DNA of 62,407 nt, counting the filler, from Dugesia japonica (lineage: Eukaryota): NCBI GenBank assembly GCA_001938525.1. It is 5 parts of 5 records of this genome, joined end to end, with 100 filler letters (N's around TTAATTAATTAA, not from the genome) between each part and the next. Parts side by side here need not be neighbours in the genome. Positions count along the whole stretch, not along the records: positions 28,329 to 41,042 come from MQRL01572044.1; positions 41,143 to 53,268 come from MQRL01641472.1; positions 53,369 to 62,407 come from MQRL01629698.1; 2 more parts are not named here. One strand, written 5' to 3'. A program made the position numbers and the translations under genes. The notes beneath the pieces are model-generated. The model was not told the origin of the DNA. It saw only the letters and a program-made list of their open reading frames with translations, and did not search any database. Positions 39,900 to 53,436 of this stretch are shown in pieces. Numbering within the stretch: position 1 is the first letter of the stretch; each line of letters begins with the position of its first letter.

Positions 39900-40380
39900 T
39901 TTGAATAGAAAATTTACATTAAGTTGTGTGAAAAATAAAATTAATACTACAGAAGCACTTAAAATGATATAGAATGCATTCGGTGATCAATCACCGCCGA
40001 GAAAAACTGTATTCCGGTGGTATAAGTTCGTTAATCAATAGAATATGCATATTGTTTTGGTCGTCGACCAACATCAATAATTAAAGAAAGTTTCACAANN
40101 NNNNNNNNNNNNNNNNNNNNNNNNNNTCATTTGAATGTGAGAAAGCATCTTGGCATGTTAACTGAAGATGTTAGCATATCAGCCAGTTCAGTAGACGTAA
40201 TTCTAATTGATGTTTTAGGCTTGAAGCGTTTGACAGCAAAATTCATTCCAAAATCATTTAATCTTTTCAATAATCATTTGTGAGTTTTTCGTCAAACATT
40301 CAACAAATATTGCTTTTCAAGCACCTTATTCTGCAAATTTGTTGCCATGCGATTTTTTCCTGTCCATTCTATTAAATAAT
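39900..40380 (+). mobile_element. mariner relic
   Basis: CVKNKINTTEALKMI*NAFGDQS...VFRWYK and APYSANLLPCDFFL. Confidence 0.75.
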
Positions 40381-40559
40381 AGAGAAAACATTTAACACAT
40401 TGGACGCCGTGTGCAACAAATGTGTCTCACATTTATAAATATAGGCATAGTATTGCGTCTAACGTTTTGAAATTTTGATTTTTGATGAACAGTTTTATTT
40501 TACAATCATCACAGTTTAGAACTCGTGTAACATTTTCACTATAGTATAATGTATTAATA

Positions 40560-41042
40560 AATTAGTACTTTATTTTTGGGCATTTCCAAATATTTTCAAT
40601 TGTGAATCTAAAGCCAGATCAGGAAAATAAATTAAGGGAGTCGTAGAAATTAATCCAAATTTATCCTCATTTCGAAACACCCAAACAGAAGATTGACGTT
40701 TATTCTGAGATTTGTATGAGTAAATCCAAGATTCGTCACCACTCACAATGCTGTAGATATTCTTTGAGCTTCCGTTGTAAAACCTGGTCAAAGTTTTTCG
40801 GCACCAATTGACACAGCTATTTTCTGTTCATTGGTTAGCAGATGTAGGATCCAACAGAAACTAATTTTCTTACACCCAATTCTTCATGCAGGATCTTTTG
40901 CAATGAGGTCTTTGAAATTCCCAAGTAAGACTCCATCTCACGATATGTCGCATGTCAATCTTCCTTGATTAGCTGACGCAGAGCATAAATATTTTATTGG
41001 ATGGCTACTGTTCTTGGTGCATCATTTCTTCGGTCATGTGTG
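40560..41042 (-). mobile_element. mariner relic
   Basis: WILHLLTNEQK...NIYSIVSGDESWIYSY...RQSSVWVF...YFPDLA. Confidence 0.85.
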
Positions 41043-41142
41043 NNNNNNNNNNNNNNNNNNNNNNNNNNNNNNNNNNNNNNNNNNNNTTAATTAATTAANN
41101 NNNNNNNNNNNNNNNNNNNNNNNNNNNNNNNNNNNNNNNNNN
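41043..41142. other. Artificial scaffold-joining spacer
   Basis: 44 N + TTAATTAATTAA + 44 N. Confidence 0.95.
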
Positions 41143-41499
41143 TCATTATTTTTTATATTCATCGTATACATTCTGGTTCCTTTCGTCAAGATTATAACTA
41201 TTTATATTTTATTTATTATTTCCTGTATTGATTTTAGTATTGTCTTTATCTGATCTTCCAATATTTTTCAATGATTTTTTCCAGCAGTGTATTATAGTTT
41301 TTGCACTTAGTTAAGATAGATGCAATATAAGATTTATTAATATTATATAATTAATATTGTTATTTATTTAAATATGGAATATATTTACATTTTAATTTTT
41401 ATTACAAAAAATTATTTTAAACTATAAATAAAGAAAAATATAAAAAGAAAGGGTTTAAGATGTGTCATAAAAAAATTACTCAAACATTATAAATTTTTT

Positions 41500-42140
41500 G
41501 GCAGATTTGACTGGCGAAAAGTAAAATACATGCACCAGTTCAGAAGCTGGTGTACTACTTGGTGTGTTGCAATCCTTTTCACTCTTGTGTTTCCTCAGTT
41601 TCCTGGAAATCACTTTTTTTTAGAAATTAACGAAACACAGATTTACCTTCAAATTAAAGTGATAAATATACAACATTGCGATATAAAACTTAAGGATTTA
41701 AAGACATTTTTATTGGAAAATAGGAATAAGTTAGTGGACAATTCAATAATTTATGCCAAGGAAATTCGTGCTGATCTAGGAATTGTCATTGATCGTCAGC
41801 GTCGGTGCAAAAAAAGAAAAAGAATGATTTAAGAAGTATCACTGATTACTGAATTACTATATAAAACTGAATTGAGAAGTGAAATGTTTTTTTCATTAGA
41901 TAGGGTGATTCAAGAAATAAATTCGAGATTTCAACAGCTTTATGTTCTTGCTGAAAAATATGGATTTCTTGTTCCGTCTAAACTTTTTAACGAAGATTAC
42001 AATTGTGAGATACATGAGATACAATTTAATTTTAATAAATTGTGTATATTAAATTAATTGTAAGGAAGGTAAGATTTTGTCTTGTATAAGTGGCGGCAAT
42101 TTTAAGGATCACCCCAGCACATACCCTAGCCATGACACAG
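41500..42140 (+). mobile_element. hAT (Tip100/ZMYM1-like) transposase C-terminal relic
   Basis: LQIKVINI...LKTFLLENR...AKEI...RRCKKRKR...FFSLDRVIQEINSRFQQL...YGFL. Confidence 0.7.
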
Positions 42141-42288
42141 CTTCTGACAATCATTTTAAATTTAAGGAAACTTTCATTTTATTAAGTTTTACACAACAAT
42201 AGGGATTTCTGTTTTATTAACCTGACACCTGAGGTAATCTACACTTTTGTAAAAATATTATCAAATGTCTTGATTATACGTTTTTTAG

Positions 42289-42552
42289 GAGTGGAAAATT
42301 ATTATGTCACAATTTATCCTTTATCAAATCAATTACGATTTAAAGAAAATGAAACATTAGTTTGCGATATTAAACCATCAGTAAACGATTCACTAATACA
42401 ATTCATTTTAATCGGTCTATCGCAAAAAGATTATACAAGAACAGGTTTAATGATTAAAGTTCATTACAATTATTCTTTGATAAATTATAATATTTGTGTT
42501 ATTTGTGGAAATTTACCAAATATGAATAATTCAAGATGTTNNACATTGACTG
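42289..42552 (+). CDS. Candidate internal exon for an extracellular, possibly Ig-like domain
   Basis: TTTTTTAG|...|GTAATA, 264 bp, phase 1-1, open frame, four N-glycosylation sequons, TLVC...C spacing compatible with an Ig fold. Confidence 0.55.
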
Positions 42553-43906
42553 GTAATAAGAAAATATTTAACTTTTTTGTATTTTATAATTTCATACATG
42601 TTTTAATCACTTGTTTTTATCCTTGATTAAAAAAACCTTGAATTAAATTGAATTCTTGGGGCAACTTTGGGTATTATTTATTATATTAACGAATAAATAA
42701 AACAATTGAACCATGAATTATAATTTAAATAATAAATATGTATCAAGTCATTAAATATAAAATCCATAGATTTCATCAAAACGTTTTATTCATCATATTA
42801 ATAAAAATTCTGCATCAATATTTATCAAAGTATAGGCCCAGAAGAGGTATGGGCAACTTTTATTGGTCGGTGGTCAGTTAGAATTTTGGAGATGTTGTCA
42901 AGGGCTGTACAAACATGTAGGATTTATTTATGCATCAATTATTTGTAAATATATAATACTCATGTTGTTACGTAAATTAAAATAACATCCATTTCTCTTA
43001 TATTAATTAAAATTTATATTTTAATATTAGTAATGTACTTTTAAATAATAAATTAAATAAAATTAAATCGAATTTTAATTATTTTACCATCCTATTTAAA
43101 ATTTTAAATTAAATATCAAAGATACCAGCTTAATAATATGATACTTAACACTTTCTGTCAGCACAGTTCAAAAAGGTTTGCCTTGAAATTTGTCGTTGCC
43201 ATGCGAATTTGATTTGAAAGATTGTCATTGAAAACTTTAATTTGAGTTTTATTTTTGAAAATATACTGTTCATATATACAAGTTCTAGGAAATGTGACAA
43301 CATTTTTAGAGTATGACAATGAATTTATGGAAATGTTGATTGAGAAACATAACGCTTCTAAAACTGAACCAAAGATACTTCATAAAGTTTTCTTTTACTG
43401 AAGGTTTTTTTCGTAACTTGAAGCTGTTTAGCTTTGCAACAATTTATCCTTTACCTTTAAAAGCTCAAGTTAATTACTGTAATGAAAAATAAACATTATT
43501 TTATTTGAAATTAGAATCACAAAAATTCTAATAATTTTTCTTTCATTTTTTGCATATATTTAATAATGTTATGTGTTGGTCCATGGTTAGTTCATATTTA
43601 AACGTAAGATTTATGCTACTTTTCTTAAAATGTCATAAGGGTCTGTTCACTAAACGTTTCTTTAAAATCAACAGGCGGGTAGGGTCAAAAACATTGATAC
43701 AAATTTGTAATTTCATCTGAAGTTCTTTTATTTCTTTAGCAAAACACTCTGATTTAATGAATCAAAAAAATTAATTAAGATATTAAATTGGTAAGAAAAT
43801 AATGTCTGATTTTGACTTTTAAAGTTTTGAACTGAAATAACTCAAAGACAACTTAAATTTTTTAAATTTTTGTAATTATTATTAAAAAAATTATTATATA
43901 AAGATC

Positions 43907-46583
43907 TGTATTTATAAGGGAATAATTTCAGCCAATAGAAATCAAAATAAATTATTTTTATTGGTGACTAATTTTTATTTGTAATTGTTTTATTATAAAT
44001 GTTTTAGTTTTAATTGGAAAATACAAAATGTATGTAATTTAATTATCGTTAAAAGATGTACCTAACATGGTGGCAGATGTAAATACCGATTCTATAAATT
44101 TGGTTATTACCAAATGTGTTCTAGAGAGGAGATTATATCGATAAATTCATAAAACGTTGTGAATTGTATTTTGATGCTAAAGTTGAAATAACAAGATAGT
44201 TTAATCTCTTGTTNGTTAGATGCTGATTTTTTGGAAGAAAATGCAAAAGAAATGAAAACGGTTGAAGGATTTCCGGCTTGTTTACGTTTGACATTTGAGA
44301 AAATAAAGATTTTATCGAAAATTTGCAAAGTTTGATTAACTACAGGCGTGGAAATGAAGAGATTCAGGTTTATTCTAAAAATTTAAAAGATTTAGTAAAA
44401 AGATTATTTAAAAATAAAGATTTTTTTGAGGAAAATTGATAAAAAAAACGATGCTGACATATTGTTCAGATAACAAAAAAGTTGAAGAAGAAGTGACTTT
44501 GTGAAAACGACAAAATATAAAAGCAATAAAAGAAACAATAACGTTATTAGATTGAGTAAAGAAAACAGAGATCAAGTTGATGCAGTTAGAAGTTTCGCAA
44601 GAGTTACAAGTCAAAATTATTAGAAACATGTAAATCATTCAGTGAGTAGAATTGTAGATCAACGGAAAGAAAAACGAAATATTAAGTGTTGGTTATGCCA
44701 AATTATTTGTCATACTAAAACATATTATCAGAGAAAATTAGTAGTAGAGTGTTGAACTTGTTATATGTCGAGTCTATTCATATAGAAAACCAACAAAGCG
44801 CTTTAGTTTGGGAAAGGTTGGCCAAATTAGAAGATATGAGGTGTATTCAATGTGGTAATGGTAGACATAGTGAAGAAGAGTGCTGCACAAATTTAAAAAT
44901 GAAAAGAACAAATGATATGTAGGACGCACATATCTGATAAAACACAAAATAACGTAAAGCCTTACAGGCAACCAATGAACTTAGAGGCTAAAATTGAAGA
45001 AGCTATCCAGGACCTTTTATTATCCGAAAATGCAACTCCCCGTAGACGACACTACTGATTTGAGTTTGAAAAACAGAAACGAAGGACATAAGAATATATT
45101 TGATTTTTAGAAAATTGAATGCAGTAACGAAAAGATAAGCTTTTTCTATGCCTAACATTAATAACATGCCAGACAAGTTAGATTGAGAAAATTATTTCAG
45201 TTCAATATATTTGGAAAGTGCGTGCTATTAGGGAGAACTCGAAGACGAATTTCGAGAAAAAACAGCGTTTTCAACAAAGCATGGACAACATTGTTTTAAT
45301 AGAAAGCCATTTGAGATTGCAGCGGCAGTGGGAACATTTCAGAAGATGATGATAAAAGTGGTAGGCGGAAATAATGGAGCCATGGTATATCTTAATGACA
45401 CTCTGATATTTACGAACAATCAAAATTAGCAATATGAAGTAATTAACAGAGTTTTGACTGAAATAATGAAGGCCGGTTTATGAATTAATTCAGAAAATTG
45501 TCAGTTTCTTCTAAGCAAAATCAAATTTCTTGGGCACATAATTAGGAGAGCTAGTGTAAAAATTGATCCGTCTAAAATAGAAGCAATAAAAACATTTGGC
45601 AAACCTAACTTTGTGAAAAAGATGCTAAGTTTCTTTGGAATTTGAAATTACTACAGGAAGTTTATAGAAAACTACGCAAGAAAATCAAGGATCTTAGAAC
45701 AGTTTTGTCGCGGATCACACAGCAAGACGTTAGAATGGGCAGATGAATTAAACGATACTTTTGGGAGTCTGAAGAAAGCTCTAATAACAGCGCTAGTATT
45801 GTGTTTTGCAGACATAAACAAAGAATTTATATTAAATACAGATGCCAGTTTCGATAGAATTGGATCAGTATTGTGATAAAGAAATAAAAAAAAGAAGAGA
45901 AGGGGTTGTTGACTATGGATNGCACTTGTGATTTATTATGAAATGGATTACTGCATCACACGAAAATTATTTGCTGTGTACTATTTCTATATGCATTTCA
46001 AAAATTACTTATACAGTAGACGATTTACTATTAGAACATATCATAAAGCTCTAACGTAATAACGACGAAGAATCCAATTACATCACAATTCCAGACATGG
46101 ATTAGAGTCGACTGAAATCGTATTTGGAAAGAAAACTAGCAGAGAAAAGTCGTACAAGTCAGAAGTTTCAAAAAGATTTAAAGAAAACATTTCAAAAGTG
46201 ACTACCAATAGAAAATTCAAAGTTAGAAGTGATTTTCTCATCAAAGTAGAAACAATAAATAAAAGCTAATACAGATTAAATGTCCTTGTCGAATAATTGA
46301 GAAAATTCAGGAAAGACGGTATGCGGCATAAGAAGAAAATGGAAAGCGATTAGAGAGAAATGTGGAAAACTTAGAAAAGTTTCTTAAGAATTTAAGGGAA
46401 TATGAGAGGTATAAGGGAATAATTTCAACCAATAGAAATTAAGATAAATTATTCTTATTTGTGATTAATTTCTATTTGTAATTGTTTTACTACAAATGGT
46501 ATCGTTTTAATTTGAAATAAAAATTTGTGAAATTATTTTTTGTGATTTTCAAAATCAATTGCCGTTAGAAGATGTACTTAACA
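43907..46583 (+). mobile_element. Internally deleted Ty3/gypsy element with both LTRs
   Basis: 5' LTR about 43907-44067, PBS TGGTGGCAG at 44068, gag knuckles, RT (PYRQPMNLEAKIEE...MVYLNDTLI), RNaseH, integrase tail, 3' LTR about 46401-46583; same family as 20660-24846. Confidence 0.9.
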
Positions 46584-47424
46584 ATATTTATTTCGTATTT
46601 TTTTAATATTTCAAAAGATTTCGTCATTTCAATTGATAATTTCAAATATGTGAAAAAACCAAATTCATTTCAATTATTTTTANATTAATTTTACACTATA
46701 TTAGCTTTATGAGTGTATTATATTTGGTTTTTTTAAATTTTTGAGTTTTATTAGCTTATTAGGTATATTTGACTTAAAATATAAGGCTGGAATGTTCATT
46801 AGCTCTATGACTGTATTGAATAGAGTAATCAATATAGTAATCTTGATCAATTAGATAAATTTAATTTAATTTATTCATAATCTAATTTATTAAGCGAACA
46901 TTTTTTAATATAACAAACTCTAAAATCAAATAATACAGTCTTTCAGTCTATTAATTTAACTTAGTACACTCAATTAACTATATAAACCAATGAACACTAT
47001 AATTTAATACATATATTTAACCAGATCATTTAATAAATCCAATACATTTCATTAACCTAATACATACACAAAAATCTAACCAGATAATTTACAATCGCTA
47101 TTACCATTCAATGTATAATTAAACAAACACTCAATATACATATAATAACTCATATGACCCACTGACTTAATCGTTCAATAAAATTTATTCATTTAGGTCA
47201 TTTAGTTAACGCAACAAATTCATTAAGATTATTCAATTTGATTGGTTAGCTCATTCAATAAAGTTAATCTATATATTACATCTTATATATCAAATTCAAC
47301 CAATACATATGTTGGGCTGAAATAGAGCAAGAAAAATAAATCTAAACAGAACATAAGGAATAAAGGAGAAGCATAAAACTAAGAAATAAAGGAACAAATA
47401 GTTGAATAAAATGACAAATAAAGA

Positions 47425-47492
47425 AATAAATAATTATTAAACAATTCAAAAGATAATAAATAATTATTAAACAATTCAAAAGATAATAAATA
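47425..47492. repeat. 30-bp tandem repeat, about 2.3 copies
   Basis: AATAAATAATTATTAAACAATTCAAAAGAT repeated exactly. Confidence 0.9.
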
Positions 47493-48220
47493 CATACAAT
47501 TACAGAGCTAATAATATGATAATAAAAGGAACGAGAAAGAAAGATAAAAGAAAACAGAAAATAGTAGCGAGATTAAAACAAAAAGAGAATTTAATAAAAT
47601 AATAAATTAAATTAGAAGGAATGAAATGAAAATTGGTTGAATGATAAATAGAGAAAATAGAAAAAATAGAGAATAAATAATAAAATGAACAAGAGATAAC
47701 AAATGAAAGATTGAAAATGAAGCGGAAAGGAAAATTATGGACTGAATACTTAAAGAAAAACAGTATATAATTTATTTATAAAATATGAATGTTATAGAAA
47801 TTGTATTATATTAAAATGATAAATATACGAAAACAATATTGGAGTTATGAAATTATATATTAAATTGGTTTGAAAATATTATTGAAAAAATAAATACGTA
47901 AAAATAGATTAAAATAATTATAAATTTTATTTTGATACAGGATGATTATTATTATTATTATATTTAAAGAACATTATTATCAGAAATAGTAATTGAAAAT
48001 TAAAAGTAATTGAAGTAATTAAAATAAAATAATTGATGATTAGATCAATGTTCAAACTCGTCTTTCTAAATCTTTATTGAATGTTTTTAATTAATTTGAT
48101 TTATTAGAGAGATTGCATAATTGTTTACATAATCAGAATTTTTATGTATATTAAATTTGAAAAAAATGAAAAAAAGAATTAAATATTGTTTAAAAAATTG
48201 AATTTTCAAAAAAAGAATTA

Positions 48221-48270
48221 TTCTTGTATCCGAAGATGACAGTTATGCTTTCGAAACATGTAATGCAGAA
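48221..48270 (+). ncRNA. Degenerate hammerhead motif (third family)
   Basis: UGUAU-CCGAAGA-U-GACAG(UUAUG)CUUUC-GAA-ACAUGU-A-AUGCA; U4-to-C change and one stem II mismatch; 6-nt palindromic stem III. Confidence 0.6.
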
Positions 48271-50172
48271 ATATATATTGAAATGGCGTTTCAAAGTTTT
48301 NAAAAATAAAATTATTNTTATTATTTAAAGTAGTTAGTGGAATAAATTCTTGATATTATTAAAATAGATCAGAAAACGATGATTTAAAGTAGAAATGTTA
48401 TAATCATTATTCTTATTATTATCATAGAAAGATCGTATTATTAGAAAATGTAGAATGAAATTAAACATATTATTATTATATTATTATTTTTATAATTATT
48501 ATTATTATTAATATTATTGTGTTATTATTATTATCATTATAATTAAGTAAATTGAAACCAAATTATCGCAAATTATCATATAACTATTTATAATTGCTGC
48601 ATGTTAATATTATGATGTAGAAATATTATTATAATTAACTTAAATAATATTATCAATTATATTTTGATTATAAAAATCTTTAAAAATAACATTATAAAGT
48701 TACCTTTAAAATGAAATTTCATCATTTTATGATGAATCATTTTCCATTTAAAATCATCAAACTAAGCAGTGGTATTAACGAGCATTACAACATATAAAAA
48801 TTAGGCGCATGAATAAATTCGAATGAAAGAGTANTTGAGTGCTGCACATATCTGAAAAACAAAAGAAAAATTGAAAAAAAACAAGAACGTTCCGGAGGTT
48901 GCACAAGTTGGATGTTGGACGAGAGCTAATATGGAAATTATTTTATCGGAGAGTTACAAGTCACTGCTTTTCGAGTGATTGCTCGCAGTGAGCAACCTGA
49001 AACATAAATTATATAAAAAGAAAGCACAAAATCTATTTAAAAACCTAAAAAACAGAAATAGTCAAATTGATATCATTTTATCAAACTCTTTCCTTCTTGT
49101 TTAGTGCTTATTTTAGTCCTTTTTTTAGCAATAAGCAGTTCTTGTAGTTTAACCGCGTAACCGTTAAGGTAGTCTTTTTTGAAGTTTTCACTTCAAATCT
49201 TGCAAAACCCTGCAAAACATTATAAAAACAACATTGATTGGCTCCCCACCGTAAGGAAAACTCAGAAATTTCACTCCCAATGATCTCCCTGTGCAATGTA
49301 TTTAATGTGTTATCTTTAAATAAAATCAATATTTAAAGCGCTTCTCATTGTTCCTATTGTCTCTCACTTTATTATTTCTTAATTGCGTCTTCCCAATTAT
49401 GAGTTTATGGTTATTATCTATGTCGGCTAGATTATTTACCTTATAATCTCTTGAAAAACCTTGTGAATCAGAGCGCTCAGAATAAACTATTAAAAGAAAT
49501 TTGTCATTGTAACAATCAGCAAGCTAGAAGTAATTAAGATTCGCATCTATGAATAAAAATTCCGAAATCATCTACCAGTAAAGTTAAATGAGATCGAAAA
49601 AATGAGATTAAAAAAAGACGTTTGGTAGAATAAGTCAAAAAAAACATTTAATTGATAAAGAATTAAAATGAGTGGGGAAAAAGGCTGGTGCGAGATGAGA
49701 CGGGAAAGAACTCGATAAAATCAAGAGAAATAAAGATAATGAAACTAGAATGATGGTATAAACTTTAATACTATCTGGATCGGTGATATGATTGGTGATG
49801 ATCGCTGGAATCTGTAACTTATTTTATTTGTTGAATTAGTGTAGAATATTTATGATATCTTTTGATATAATATTTAGTTTGACATCATCTGTTTTATTGT
49901 AATATAATTTGATATATATTTTAATCTAATTTTTAATCGGATATAATTTAGTAAAATTTTAAGATAATGTTTTATCATGAACCAATTGAATAGATATTTT
50001 AATACATTGTTTTAGCTTAATAGAATTTGTTGTAATAGTTTTATTTTTTGCTTAGGATAATTTAATCTGGTGATTTCAATATAATGATTTTGAGATATGA
50101 GGAATAACATAATAACACGATTTTGATAAAGTATTTTTAATAATTGACATAAGATATGATAATTTTTACCAC

Positions 50173-50515
50173 TAGTAGATAGATATTAGCACACTGGATC
50201 AGTTACGTAATCATCTAAACTATACTGTGCTGAAAACTTGAGCATTTTGATTGGTCGATAAAAATACATCAAAAAGATTTCGATTTATGTTTGCTGAATT
50301 TATGGTCGAAAAGTTAAATTTTCGGACTTAAATTATTTATTTAAACTGCACTGCGACTGTGGTTGTAGTATTTCTATATATTATGTGTGTGTGCTTTGTT
50401 ATAATAATAATTAAAATAATGAATAATAATTAAAATAATAATAATTAAAACAATAATAATTAAAATATTTATAATAAAAAATAAAATTATAATAATAACA
50501 AATAATAATAAATAA
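50173..50515. repeat. About 340-bp direct repeat, copy 1 (copy 2 at 52923-53268)
   Basis: TAGTAGATAGATA...CACTGGATCAGTTACGTAAT...TTGATTGGTCGA...(TAA)-rich tail in both copies. Confidence 0.85.
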
Positions 50516-50859
50516 TGATAGTATATGGTATCAAAGCCTTATTTAAAAAACGAGTTAAAATAATAATTATTCAAAACATTATATGAAGACAGAATTAAAA
50601 TAATAATTATATAAAAGCAGAATTAAAATAAGAATTATTCAAAACATTAAATGGTAATTATCCTGTCCTACATAGCATATTATACAATCAGGGTAGCAAA
50701 ACAATATATTAAAATCATTACGTTATCTCATAAATGTTAAATCAAAACATTGCATTGAAAACAGTCTCAATTAAATCATAAGTAAAATATGATATTGAAA
50801 TCATTATATTGTATCATAAACATTAAATCAAAATATATATTAAAGCATTGTATTAGGAA

Positions 50860-52629
50860 CAGTGTAACCTCCTTAAACAGAACCCGGTTAAACAGAATTT
50901 TTCGCTTAAACATTACAAAATTTGGTCCCGTTTAATTGATTTTACTATGCTTGGTGTTATATCTGTTTTGTTTAAGCGAATTTGTTTAAACAGAACAATT
51001 ATTTATAATTTATTTAATTTTTCAAATTTTATTTTGCGATTTGTAAATTTAATAATTTTTGTATTTTTATTAATTTTATTTATTAATGTAGTAAAAATTA
51101 TAACAGCCACAATGTCAACAAAAAAGAAACAACTTTTAACTCTGAAAGAAAAATACGACATTCTATGTCAAATTGATACTAGAGTCAAACAAGCCAATTT
51201 AGCACGAAAGCATGAAGTCTATCCTTCTGTTATTTCTGCTTTGAAAAGCAACCNNGAATAACCGAAAATTGGAGATCAAGAATTTTAATTGTAACTTAAG
51301 ATGAATTGAACGTTCTAGAAAGCGTCACTCAATCACGTTTGGTGTTATCTCTGGAGAAGCTATGGAAGTGAATCAGTTAGTTGTTGAACGTTAGTTAATT
51401 GATCAGTGGTCTAAAATAAGGATGGGATATGAAGATAAGAATATATTTAATGGTGATGAGACGGGATTCTTTTTCAAAATGCCGTCAAATAAAACTATGA
51501 AATTTAAAGATATTTGTACTGGTAATAAAGTATCAAAAGAAAGATTAACAATTTTTCTTTGTGCTAGCATAACCAGTGAAAACCTCCAATGATTATAGGA
51601 AAATATTTAAATCCGTGGTTCTTTAAAAATAAAAACGTATAGAATTTTATTTACACCGCAAAAAATGCATAGATGACATCTTAAATTTTTAAAAAGGAGT
51701 TTATGAATTTTGATACTAAGCTGAGAAATGATAACAGAAAAATTTTGTTGCTCATTTATAATTACTCAGCACATCCGGATATAAATCATATTTTAACGAG
51801 CATTAAAATTGTATTTTTACCGTCTAATTCAACAAGCGTATTGCAGCCCATNGATGCGGAAATTATGAAGAATTTCAAAATGAATTATCGTAAGAGTTTG
51901 GCTATACAGTTAGTTAACAGTATTGATATGAACCAAGAATATAAAATTAATATTTTTGTTGGAATACAGATGATATCGGACTCTTGGTAAAGAGTTTCTA
52001 TTGAAAAAACTTCCAATTGCTTTCATAACGCAATTTTAAATCGGTAATAAAATTTTTCCGAAATTTCAAAGAATGCCGAATCGTTGGTTGAGAGAAAGAT
52101 ATACAATGAATAGAGTGTTATAGCTGAATTTTTTGAATCAAAACATGGTCTTGATAACTATTTCACAATTAATAATGATTTGGGAGTAATTGGACTCGAA
52201 TAAGAAACAAAACTAAAACATAATTCATCTGATATCTCTGAATTGGAAACGTATGAAATGAAGAATAAAATTAAAATTAGCGATGTTTTGCAAGTTATAA
52301 GAATTGTTAAGGAGCACTGTTTCAAGGAAAATAGCAAAGACTACGTCTATATCAATTTACTGAATATTGAGAATGATCTTAGAGACTAATTTCTTATGAA
52401 AAAGATAATACAGAGGAAAGTATTTGAATATTTTATTAAAAAATAAAATTATCCAGCCTTTATGCCTTTGAATTTTAAGTTAAAGTTGATTTTATGGTTT
52501 TTAATCTATGCTGTATTATGTAATACTTTTTTAATTTAGAATTCATTATTTTGCTTATATCGTTTAAACAGAACTTTCGCTTAAAAAATTTTCAGTCCCG
52601 ACTTTGTTCTGTTTAAGCAGGTGACACTG
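50860..52629 (+). mobile_element. Tigger/pogo transposon, decayed but with both TIRs
   Basis: TIRs CAGTGTAACCTCCTTAAACAGAAC / GTTCTGTTTAAGCAGGTGACACTG + TA; HTH_psq-like start MSTKKKQLLTLKEKYDIL, DDE_1 motifs NIFNGDETGFFF and FLPSNSTSVLQPxD. Confidence 0.93.
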
Positions 52630-52922
52630 TATTAATTAAATCATAAACAAATCATTATGGTACAAAAATTCCTTTTCGATAGGAAATACGGATTTTGTTT
52701 AATTAAGTTATCTAACCGTGATTAACTTCTTTATTATTCTGTAATTATTATCCTATCACTATTACTGTAGACAATTACAATATCAGATCAACATTGTAGC
52801 ATCTCGAAAACCTTATATTAAACATTTTAACATTGGTAGTTCATCAAATTAGGTCGTCAATATTATATCAAAACATTCCACTAACAACATTATACTATAA
52901 ACCTTATCTTATTTACATTATA

Positions 52923-53268
52923 AGTAGTAGTAGATAGATAGTAGCGCACTGGATCAGTTACGTAATTATCTAAACTATACTGTGCTGAAAAACTTTGCTN
53001 AAACACTGCGCTTAAAATTTGAGCATTTTGATTGGTCGAGTTTAGGTCGAAAAGTTCGAAAAGTTGAATTTGCAGAATTAAATTATTTATTTAAACTGCA
53101 ATGTGGTTGTGATTGTGGTATTTTTACATATTGTGTCTGTGCTTTTTTATAATAACAATAATTAAAATCATAAAAATAATAATTAAAATAATACTAATAA
53201 AAATATTTATAATAAAAAATAAAATTATAATAATAATAAATAATAACAAATAATAATAAATATTAATA
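52923..53268. repeat. About 340-bp direct repeat, copy 2
   Basis: Matches 50173-50515; begins AGTAGTAGTAG. Confidence 0.85.
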
Positions 53269-53368
53269 NNNNNNNNNNNNNNNNNNNNNNNNNNNNNNNN
53301 NNNNNNNNNNNNTTAATTAATTAANNNNNNNNNNNNNNNNNNNNNNNNNNNNNNNNNNNNNNNNNNNN
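53269..53368. other. Artificial scaffold-joining spacer
   Basis: 44 N + TTAATTAATTAA + 44 N. Confidence 0.95.
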
Positions 53369-53436
<68 letters not shown>

